Source of the DNA: Fimicolochytrium jonesii | Taxonomy: Eukaryota | Length of the DNA: 64,000 nucleotides | Reading direction: 5' to 3' | Assembly (NCBI RefSeq): GCF_025526975.1 | Contig: NW_026515672.1 | Span: 620,001 to 684,000 of the forward strand | In this document: positions 54,651 through 64,000 of the stretch, piece by piece | How the letters are laid out: every line of letters begins with the position of its first letter | How positions within the stretch are numbered: position 1 is the first letter of the stretch | Program-made: the position numbers and the translations under genes | Notes under the pieces: generated by a model | What the model was told of the DNA's origin: nothing | The model's input: the letters and a program-made list of their open reading frames with translations, nothing else | Database searches by the model: none

Positions 54651-54981
54651 AGCATAGATGAAACGATCTCTGTTTGGTTTTGGATTTATCTTTTTTTTGT
54701 GATTGCGTGTGGGTCAATAGGAACGTGCAGGGTAGCCTAGTTTTGTCTTTCACACAAATTATACCAGCTTTTTTGAATAGATTCCTTAAACTCACTGGTA
54801 GGAAAGAGAGCAAGGGTTGAACTCGCATCATTCAAGCTCAGGAAACTTCGATGAGAACTGCGATACATGATTATGGAATTAGAGTGGATATCTGTACACA
54901 AGCGGCATGGCGATGGAGAAAACTATCGAGGTGTGTCAGCATCTACAGATGCCGACCAGTTGATCAACGTAAAAAGCGAAT

Positions 54982-55769
54982 CTACTTGGCAATTCCGATA
55001 ACACCGCAGGCAACACGGCCTATATGCAAAGAAGCGTTGAATGAGGATAATCAGTACCTCACCATTGCAAAAACCCTCATCCAAAACCACCACGCCAACG
55101 CACCTCCGGCATTTCCAGTGATCTTGCTCTGCTCATGGCTAGTTCTGCCCAAATCGTCCTCATCGGCGTGCACGACGATAGTACGGCCAATGACGCTGGT
55201 AGGGCCAAACAGCTTGACGAGGGGGTCCTCGAGCTTGATCTTGACGGTTCCATCGGGTCCGGCCACGATGTTACCGAGATCGCCGACGTGACGAATGGAG
55301 TCGGTGGGCGCGCCGTGAGTCTGGCCAAGGGGGTTGAAGTGACCGCCGGCGGAGGTGCAGCCGTTGGTGTTGTCACCGAATTCGCTGGAAGTTGGGGACG
55401 GACATGAGGGGTTAAGTGGTTGGGAGTGGAGAATGGCATGGCAACGGCAGGGTGATTCAAGTTTCACGCCAATATAGAACAAGGGCGACCGCGATCTGCA
55501 ATTCCCGTTCTGGCGGACGGCAGGGAGGCCCACCATCCAAAACCCCCCAGTGCTGACAACCTACTCGCCACTCAGTTTTTCCCTCCCTCCCCTTTTCCGC
55601 GTTCCACAAAGCTCGCTGATACTCACTGGACGTGGAAGCCGTGCTTTCCGGGCGTCAGGTTCTTGAGATCAACCTCGATGGTGGTGTGTGCCGACTCGGA
55701 CTCCTGGATGAAGGTGATGGTGCCGGTGGCGGGGGAGTCGCCGCGGACGAGAGAGACTGCCTTGACCAT
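54982..55769 (-). CDS. SOD1: Cu/Zn superoxide dismutase, 3 exons
   Basis: [67 protein letters not shown]. Confidence 0.97.
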
Positions 55770-56303
55770 GTTTGCTAGATTATTTTCGGGTTGGTGAGAG
55801 GATGTGAAGAGATTGCGCTGATACTTGAGGATTATGGCAGGAGATGACTTTCTGGTCTGGGCTTTCGTGCTTTTGAGACCGGGTTTCTCCGGGGCTGAGT
55901 CCGGAGGGAGGGGCCATCTCCGTCATCCCCGTAAGAGATGCCCATATGGTGACATTAGGTGACATTAGTAAGAAAGCCTCGAAGGGAACACGAGCCGGCC
56001 TGGTCGCCAATCGCAATATCCTCGCGCGATAGGCCGTTCATATACTGTCAATCGTACGTGTGTGTATTATCGGCCTACTCAACGATAGGTACTGTACGAT
56101 ACACAGCAGATGTTTCCCAAAAGAGGAAAATGGGGAGACTACATCAGAAGATTTGTTGTGTTTGGCAGGCTCGAGAGTACTGAGAGCCGCCTAAGGGAAG
56201 AGGACCATGCTAAGTTTAATTTGGTAGAGATACGACTCATGTCTGTCTACCCTTCCCAGTTTTCAGCAGTCCTCGACGCGAAGGACATCCTGCCTCCACC
56301 AAA

Positions 56304-57641
56304 TCATGGCGGGGTCAGGGCGGATAGGTCCCTAGGCATCTTCAGATCTTTACCGAGTTGCTCGCGCATATCGTAAAGGAGCTTGTAGGCATTCTTCAAC
56401 GTGGACTCCGTGCAACCGGCAACTTGTGCGATCTCTTTTGCCGATTTGCCTTCGTTTTCTCGGCACAAGCAGCTGACAAAGTACAGACACGCCGCAACGA
56501 TGGAGATTGGTGATTTGCCGGCAAGAGTGCCGAGATCGTTTGCTCGCCTCAGCAGCTAAAGGCAATAGTGTGAGTGTTTAGGAAAATGTGCCTTCGGAGA
56601 GGCACATCCCACTCTGCATCCAAAGTACTTACCTCACTGGTAGCACGCTTGACATCTTGGCTGAGGTCAAGCGCGGACGAGAAACGGATGATGTACGAAT
56701 CCATGCTAATCTCTTTACCCGGCTTGCCCAGTAACCCGACGAGTAATTTGTAGTTTCGACCAATCTCCTTCTTCGAGACTTTGGTCAGAGCGCAGATTTC
56801 CTTAAAGGTACGGGTAGCATTCTGTTCACGACATCCAATATAAATGCAGGCGGCCATCACGGACATTGGGCTCTTCCCTCGCAGGAAGGCCGCATCGTCA
56901 GCCTTCTTATAGATCTGCTTCGCCGAGTCCGACGTAATTTTGGACAGACCAATCCGATCACACATTGTTTGAATCTCTTTGAAGGCGGTCATCAAAGTTT
57001 TCTCCTCCTTCTGGTTGGTCGCTTTACCGTGAACACGGTTCAAGTCCCGAGCTCTCCCGCTCCCGCCGTCCCTCTGCGAGATGATGGTCGAATCGATGTG
57101 ATTCATTCCACCGAGCAGCGGGTCTCCAGCGGCTCCAACACGGGACGGGTCATCCGTGTTATCGTCCGAGTTGGAGAACGTACGCCACTCAGAACGTGTG
57201 TCAATCACACGGGCCCCCAACACTAGACCTGGTTGAGTTCGCCGAATTCGATTTTGATAAGCGTAGGATAGCAAGGACAGAAGCACGGAAGCGAGCGAGC
57301 GTGGGAACGTCACAGAGTGCAGTCGAGCGGAGAGAATTGAAGGGTGGCGGTTAACATATGCGAAAGGCAAAAAGGAGCTTACTTTAACACAGAACATAAC
57401 AATCTCAAGCATAGAAAAAAGAAACCTCCCCGGGGAAGAGACCAATAGTGTGCAAGAAAAAGGGGGAGGGGAGGCACAAGACCATACCGCAGTTGCCACA
57501 GATGTAATCTCCGGCGGCGAAGTCTTCAACGACGTTCGGCACCGGGTCGTTGCAGTCTGAGCAGTGGAACCGTTCGGAGAGGTCCCGCTGGTACACCTTC
57601 TGAGGGGCTACTGAGGGCTCAGCCGGTTGAGTCTGCGTCAT
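56304..57641 (-). CDS. SUA7: General transcription factor IIB, 3 exons
   Basis: Zn ribbon CSDC...CGNCG|LV; IDTRSEWRTFS; DPSRVG; cyclin folds AACIYIGCR, RTFKEI, GKSPISIVAA. Confidence 0.96.
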
Positions 57642-57750
57642 TGTGCTGTGTGCGAAGGAGAGATTGTGTGGGAGCACGTCTCTTCTCTGACGGTGGGCGA
57701 AGAGGAAAGGCAGGAAGTTGCCAGGAGGCGCGCCTTCTTATCCTCCCTCA

Positions 57751-57785
57751 CTTGCGACCTGACTTGCGACCCTGCTTGCGACCCG
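57751..57785. repeat. Three direct copies of CTTGCGACC at 12-nt period upstream of TFIIB
   Basis: cttgcgacctga cttgcgaccctg cttgcgacccg, 110-144 nt upstream of the TFIIB ATG. Confidence 0.85.
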
Positions 57786-58924
57786 TGGGGAAATCTGTTT
57801 CAAACGCCTCCCCAGATTCCAAATACAGCGCTGGCAAGGACGGACACCAAATTGCACGAGGGGGCAAACCAAGAATGCGCTTCAAGCACACGAGGTGGAC
57901 GACAGGGTGCTAGCGTCGACTCCTTCTTGACGCCACTGATCGAGGGACAGCTTAGGACCAGTCCGAAATAGCAGAAACGGAAGGAACTGGAACAACCAGT
58001 TAGAAGAGTGTGGTTCTTTATTCTTTTGTTTTTCTTTTACATGGCAGTCTCAATCTACCTTCTGTATATCTGGAGCTATCGATACGGAACTCTTGGCGCT
58101 GACAACTGCTGAGAGAGCACTTCCAGAGACTTTTTGAGTCACCGTTATATTTGTCACAGGAGACCTATTTTCACACAAAGAGCGCTTGATAGGAGCCAAA
58201 GCAAGCTTGTACAAGGACTGTCGCCTGGCGGAAGCTGGAATGTTCATGGCGCCGCTGTGGTTCAGGATTGTGTCTTTCACGGAGATCGTTGGTCCGACGT
58301 TCTCACTCAGGGTCACACCGCGGACATCTGAGCTCTATGAGCAGGCCGCACCTTGACATTTACCAGTGGTGAGAAGATAGGCTTGACGCACCGGATGCAG
58401 AAAGTCCGGAGGAATGTGGTTCATGCACGGGGTGAAAATCCATTAAGACATACAGAAGATCCAGAAATTTCTATCGGAAAGAGCCGCAACTCTGTGAACT
58501 TCTACAATAGGTAAGTCAGTTGACGTGCCTGAGCGCGAACTATGCATATCGAAAGTTCAGGAAGGTACGGTGATGTTGAGCGTCCGTATATCGACCGAAA
58601 ATGTGCAAGGAGCGACTCCCCATCAATGAGGGAAGATGTGAGTCCACATCCCAGCAGGTCATGTGGTTATTCTCGGGTGTCGGGGCTTGAATTTAATGTA
58701 TCGAAGCTGGCATTGTATCCGATTGAGGCTAGTGCCTCATGGTTGAAGTACCGGCCTATTTTCTAAAAGCGTCCCAAATGCCTATTTTCTGCGTATGGGT
58801 TCTATGACCACCGGACTTCGGTTTATGTTTATCAACGACAAGCAGTCGCGATCGGGCTTGTGTTTATCTCAAACAATAAAGGTAAATGGTCTTAACATAG
58901 GCTGCATGAACCCGGGTCGGCCGG

Positions 58925-58931
58925 TATAAAA
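58925..58931 (+). promoter_or_regulatory. Candidate TATA box of the BTG/Tob gene
   Basis: TATAAAA 96 nt upstream of ATG 59021. Confidence 0.5.
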
Positions 58932-59020
58932 GCTTCGGCAAAGTTACCACCGAGCCCTCAGTTTCTCGAGCATCCATATCGTTGTGTTACATCATCCAGC
59001 CTCTCAGGACATCAAACACA

Positions 59021-59476
59021 ATGCTCGCCGAGCTAGTAGCAGCAGTAACGTTCTTGGGAACCCATCTCCCTCCTACCACAAGCCCAGAAAACCGCTCAAC
59101 CTTCCAATCGACGCTCCAACAGCACATGCAGCGCAAGTTCCTACAACATTGGGATTCCGCCCACCCCAGTAAGGGCAACGGATTCCGCGCGATCTCTTTC
59201 TCCGGCAACCGGCCCGACCCGCTAGTGATAGCCGCCGGGGCCACGATCGGCATGGCCGAGGCGGAGTTCGCGCGCATATTCCCGGAGGATCTGGTCGTTT
59301 GGGTGGATCCCGGGTCGGTGTCCTACAGGAATGGGGATCGCGGACCGGCGGTGTCCATATGGGAGAGAACGAATGCTACCACCCCAACGACGACGACCGC
59401 CGCGCCGCAAAAGAAGGGATACCCCACGAAAGCGGCCACGGGTGCTATGAGAGGACAGGCTATACTAGTATCGTGA
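59021..59476 (+). CDS. BTG/Tob (APRO) family protein, intronless
   Basis: MLAELVAAVTFL; Box A HWDSAHPSKGNGFRAI; DPLVIAA; Box B FPEDLVVWVDPGSVSYR. Confidence 0.9.
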   Translation: MLAELVAAVTFLGTHLPPTTSPENRSTFQSTLQQHMQRKFLQHWDSAHPSKGNGFRAISFSGNRPDPLVIAAGATIGMAEAEFARIFPEDLVVWVDPGSVSYRNGDRGPAVSIWERTNATTPTTTTAAPQKKGYPTKAATGAMRGQAILVS

Positions 59477-61142
59477 TCAGAGTAGTGTGCGCTTTTTCAT
59501 CTGAACGTTTGCGCTTGTGCTTAGTGCTTAGACACAGTATTATGTTTTGGCTTGTGCCTCCTTGTAAATTGCTCTAAAACCTCAAATCTGAAGACTACAA
59601 CGTGGCGCTGTGGACATACATGTTGATTCGTGATGGTGTGTGTGGTCCACTCTATTGAGGTGGGATGCATGTGGAGTACGCATTCCACTGGCCAAATATA
59701 GATATCAGGGGCATGCCCATGTTACATACGAATTTGGAGTGTCTGGCATCCCCGGCGTAGTGCGGCACAACGCTTGAACAGAAGGATTGGCCCGGATGAG
59801 ATTGAGCTATGCGACGGTGTTCAACGGAGGAGTGGACATCCCGCGATGAGCCGGGATGAGGGTGGCATTTCTTGCGATGTGCTCAGACAGTTCCCGGCAT
59901 ACTGCCCACTCACACTTCCTCAAGAACCCTCAGGCATCTTCCCATTTCCCACCCCATCCCTCGCGATCGACGGTCCCGATTGACGCGTAGTCATACTCGG
60001 ATAGTTGACGATATGTGGTTACGCCGATGCAACACCCATCAATCTATGCAGCCATCGCTTCTTCCGAATATATTCTCGATATCGATCACGGCGCCGTGTG
60101 TCGACAGCGTGATCCCAAGGCGGGTTCAGTGGGACAAGGAATTTGCTGAACACTATTGTGTCCTCTTGCAAAGCGGGAAGAAGATGAGCTCATCGTTCTG
60201 GATGAAGCCCAGGAAGAACGAGTTCCCACTCCTCTGAACACTGCCGTGAGAAGCTCCATGAGCCGCCGGAAAGAGCGCTTTGCCCGCTCTACGTCAACAT
60301 CTCAATCTTGCTCGCATTGCTGCTGTTCGCTACTGCATTTGCGGTCATTTTGGGTCCCGCCCAAGGCTTTGTTTCGTAATCTGCGACCGCTTGACGTATT
60401 CTTGCGGACAGGGTGTGTGTGTTCCCTTCCATACAACAGTGTTAGACACATCTTTAACATACAGTATGTCGCTTTGATGCCGTCAGATTAGTCTTCGACC
60501 TTGATATGCTGTCGAGCTTCACGTACAGTACAGTATGTATGCAAACGGGTTTCTGGACATGTGCTACTGTGTGTTGTTCGGTTCGAACCCTACGGTCGTC
60601 TTGTTGGAGGGAATATGACGCATGCCAAATCATTCGTCTTGACGTTGTGATACCTGATGGGACTGTAACACCAGCGGAATGTATTACAGTATGTGCCACC
60701 GGAATGATTGAACGGTTGAGGAACCGTGCAGAAACCGAGTACTGTATGGGCCTCACGGGTTGATGAGGTCAGTGCGACTCGTTGGACTCGCAGTCTGAGA
60801 AAAGCAGAAAAGTCCGACAAATGACAGGTCCCCAATGAGCCTCCGCGGACATCCACAGCAGCGTGACTCTTTCTTTGCAAAGGAGTACCGGCGGATCCAA
60901 ACGGACACGCGCGCAAACGTTAGATCATGCCGGCCGGACATTGCGCAGCTCACTCAAAAAGCAACCCGGAAAAAGGTGGAGAGAAAAAAACACCAGCCTG
61001 CTTCCCCAGTCGTCAAGGAACGATGGTCGGACTGAGACGCTTAATTATTAGCATAAGGAGGCTGGCGGAGAGAGAGCACAGGGAGCTCCAAGCTTAGGCG
61101 TACCGTCGCATTCACCCTACCGTTGACACCAAGCGCACAACG

Positions 61143-62373
61143 ATGCCTGCCGTCGACTGGACCATTATACTATGCATCCTGGCAGGGGCTATCCTCGCGC
61201 CTCAAGCGGGGATGAACGGAACTCTAGGGCAGCTGGGACGGAATAAGCCCTTCGCTTCGCTTTGGTCCTTTACGACAGGGATGGGTGAGTTGCACAAAGC
61301 TCAGCAGAATGGGACAGGTTTCGCGTGCTCATACTGACCACGGCTATGTATCCTCAACAGTTATCCTCATAATCTATTGGTTAGCGGAGTCGCATGGAGG
61401 GAAGGACACGGATTTTCATGCCACCTATACAGGTAAACATTAATTTTGAGTTCTGCTTGAGACTCGGCGAAACGCTGACATCCACGTCGTTTCAGATGCC
61501 CCATGGTACGCACATATGGGCGGGTTCGGGGGCGCCTATTACGTTGTCATGATAGTATACCTGGCTCCACGGCTCGGTGCAGGAACCATTATGAGTGTCT
61601 CCGTGACGTCGCAGATGGCAGCGGCTTTGATCTTCGACCACTACGGGGCACTTGGCCTCGAACGGCGGCAGGCGACGGCCGGACGGATTGTGGGTCTTAT
61701 CCTGTCGGCGATTGGAGTCGCCTTGATAATGCTTGGCAACGACTTCTTCCGACGCAAAGTGGCGCAGGATGCTACGATTACGAATACAGAGGTGGCCGAC
61801 GAGCGGGCTCTTGAAAATTCTGCGCAGGGGAAGGAGCAAATGCAGAACGAGGTTGTCGTAAATCACCCACAAGTCAGCGGACCGAGCGGACCGAGCGGAC
61901 CAAGATTCGACTGGACGGTCATCCTCGCCTGTCTCGGTGGCATCTGCCTCGCCCTACAAGGAGCCATGAACGGCAAGCTCGGCCAATATTCGGGCGGTGG
62001 CTACGCAGCGGCCTTCTCCTTTCTCGAAGGCTGGGTGATCATCGCCCTTCTCTTCGTATACGACCTCTACTTCGGCCCCCAAACGCCCAAGTTGGAACCA
62101 AGATGGAGCACGCGCGAAGTTTTCAGAACCGTTCCATGGTGGGCCTGGTTCGGCGGCGTGATGGGAGCCCTCTACGTCCTGGCCGTCACTGTTCTCATCC
62201 CAAGGTTGGGCGCCGCCACGGTGTTGGGGACGGGTGTGTGTGCGCTGGTGATCTCGGCGGTGATTTGCGATCATTTTGCGTGGTTTGGGTTGCCCCGCAC
62301 GCCTGCGAGTATCGCCCGGCTGGTGGGAGTGTGCATCTTGGTTGCCGGGGTGGTAATGATTACCATTTTATAG
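61143..62373 (+). CDS. DMT-superfamily transporter with two tandem YdcZ/DUF606-like units, 3 exons
   Basis: Duplicated motifs AGAILAPQAGMNGTLG / GGICLALQGAMNGKLG; PWYAHMGGFGG / PWWAWFGGVMG; PRLGA twice; DHYGALG / DHFAWFG. Confidence 0.85.
61876..61902 (+). repeat. 9-nt tandem repeat x3 (AGCGGACCR, encoding SGP) in the DMT linker
   Basis: agcggaccg agcggaccg agcggacca. Confidence 0.85.
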
Positions 62374-62859
62374 AATTGGCGATGGGTACTAGACTGTATA
62401 GATTCTATTTCTGATACTAGCGGAATATCACATAATTTAAGCCGATGTCACGGAAGTGGAGTACAGGCGCCGTCCCTCGTCACTTGAAGGTCGGCCAAAC
62501 TTTCTCTCCAGCAATTTTTATTTTCTCAACTTCCTTTGAGGGGTCTTCTCTTCTGCCGTCCGCCCTGAATCTCATCCATTTGCTGCACTTGGATATCAAA
62601 CTTCGTGAAGTGTAGTGTACGTAGCTTGCGGTTCGCTTTCGGCGCGCGTGCAGTTTGGCGTGGCCCAGGCGGCGCGACAAGGTTCGGACGCACCGCAACA
62701 AACTCGAAACCTTCTCCCTCGCCCTGCCTGTCGCGGGGATGAAAGCAAGTCAGTCTCTGGCACAGGCACACCCGCACACCACCCTCTCAACTCTCTGGAC
62801 TCTCGCAGGACCGTGATATAATCGCTCGCTCCCTCGCTCCCTCCAACTTCACCTTGGAA

Positions 62860-64000
62860 ATGGGCGGACACGACGATGGTCACCGCCTATGTCCCTTTTG
62901 CGGCATCCCCTTCCTCCAGGTCGACCAGCCCCGTCCCGTTCAGGTTGCAAAGACCCTTCTCACTGCCGACGGGAACTGGTTCGCCTTCGCCGTTGCCCTC
63001 TACCGCAACTACCTCACCCCAGAAGGCCTGGTCGTCGAGCCCGTCAACCCGGCCTTTTTGATGGTGCGCAACGAGTATCGCTTCGACCCTTTTCATTTTC
63101 AGAGCACAGGAGGCTGGGTGCCCCAGCGCTGGTCGGAGGACGCCGACCTGGCCCCGACCTGGGCCGAGGCGAACGACAATCAGTCCGACGAAGACGAACC
63201 CCTGCCGAACCGCATTCGCCCCGACAGCGGCGAAGATGACGAGGGATATGTGGAACTATTAGACTTTGACTCGTACCTGTGTTCGGACTCCGGAGACGGA
63301 AACAGGGGGGTGGCCGTCCATCCCGGCTGTCTGCGCCTTGCCACTGCTTGGGCAGGCATTGATGAGGATGCCTGGCCGCAGGAGTTCTTCACCCATCCCA
63401 CCGGCGGCCCCATTCTGGCGTGCGCCTGTCACAGCCAAGATTTCAGGCGTTTCCCCACTTTCGACTACACAGATAGCGCCGAAGACCATTCCGGGTGCGT
63501 GCTTTATGACACCGACACACTGTACTTCAACGAGCGAGTCAAGATTTACGGAGTCGATATGGAACTTCCTTTCGAGACTTCCCGGTGGGACGATTGGTAT
63601 AACACGGAAGACGAGATCGTCGGCAATCCTGGGGCCGAAATGCCACGGCTCGTCCTCAGCGAGGTCGACGAGTGGGTCATGGTCCGCCCAGACAGGTTCC
63701 CAGAATTACCTCACCTTGCCCCGCACACTCACGCTTCAATAACACCCACCGCCCCATCTCAATCATCGACCTACGCTGACAAGAAACGCACCGCCACCCT
63801 GGTCCGCAAAGTCATGGAAGACCGCAAGGTTATACCGGACTGGAGAACCTACTACATCCGCTGCGCGACAAGCCGCAGCATGCGCAACCGTTCTCGCATT
63901 CACCGCATCGTCATGCACGCACGCAGAATCTTTCGCGATGAGGAATGGCGCACCAAGGAGACATTTTGCAACCTGGAGGGTCACTGGCTGAGTCTCGTTT
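62860..64000 (+). CDS. Uncharacterised protein, partial (open at window end); CxxCGxP / HxxC / DW..MRNRxRI motifs
   Basis: Uninterrupted 380-codon frame from ATG 62860 (MGGHDDGHRLCPFCGIPF...VHPGC...WVMVRPDRFP...DWRTYY..SMRNRSRI). It is missing from the ORF track because there is no stop in the window. Confidence 0.8.
   Translation, partial: MGGHDDGHRLCPFCGIPFLQVDQPRPVQVAKTLLTADGNWFAFAVALYRNYLTPEGLVVEPVNPAFLMVRNEYRFDPFHFQSTGGWVPQRWSEDADLAPTWAEANDNQSDEDEPLPNRIRPDSGEDDEGYVELLDFDSYLCSDSGDGNRGVAVHPGCLRLATAWAGIDEDAWPQEFFTHPTGGPILACACHSQDFRRFPTFDYTDSAEDHSGCVLYDTDTLYFNERVKIYGVDMELPFETSRWDDWYNTEDEIVGNPGAEMPRLVLSEVDEWVMVRPDRFPELPHLAPHTHASITPTAPSQSSTYADKKRTATLVRKVMEDRKVIPDWRTYYIRCATSRSMRNRSRIHRIVMHARRIFRDEEWRTKETFCNLEGHWLSLV

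Noticed and set aside
58050..58316. 88-aa minus-strand ORF followed by AATAAA
   Set aside because: No ATG or convincing upstream exon could be joined, and no family motif.
59600..61100. Short ORFs and an acidic stretch between BTG and the DMT gene
   Set aside because: Fragmentary, with no supportable gene model or transposon hallmark.

Overview
Gene-dense eukaryotic nuclear DNA with short (mostly 55-100 nt) GT-AG introns. It is most likely an early-diverging fungus, probably a chytrid. This is inferred from a fungal group III hybrid histidine kinase occurring alongside animal-like genes (INSIG, BTG/Tob, PHD-bearing TAF3, EF-hand PRODH). About 28 protein-coding loci are supported, mostly in alternating head-to-head/tail-to-tail order, and many encode mitochondrial proteins (ATM1, TIM10, TIM44, ATP2, mL40, C1-THF synthase, PUT1). 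The strongest leads are: (1) an intronless bacterial-type elongation factor P with a mitochondrial-type presequence and an Arg-tipped QGRGG loop, divergent from TIM44; (2) an SH3 domain fused to a non-canonical septin-like GTPase, next to capping protein alpha; (3) a membrane-anchored reprolysin that mixes ADAM10/17-like, ADAMTS-like and disintegrin-like modules; (4) a 2OG-Fe(II) oxygenase whose frame is restored only by a 17-nt GT..AG segment, so either a micro-intron or a pseudogene; (5) a histidine kinase with 9 HAMP repeat units. No tRNA, rRNA, CRISPR array or intact mobile element was seen. Exon joins were made by eye, and family calls come from motif recognition, not database searches. 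CDS coordinates run start codon to stop codon and include introns.
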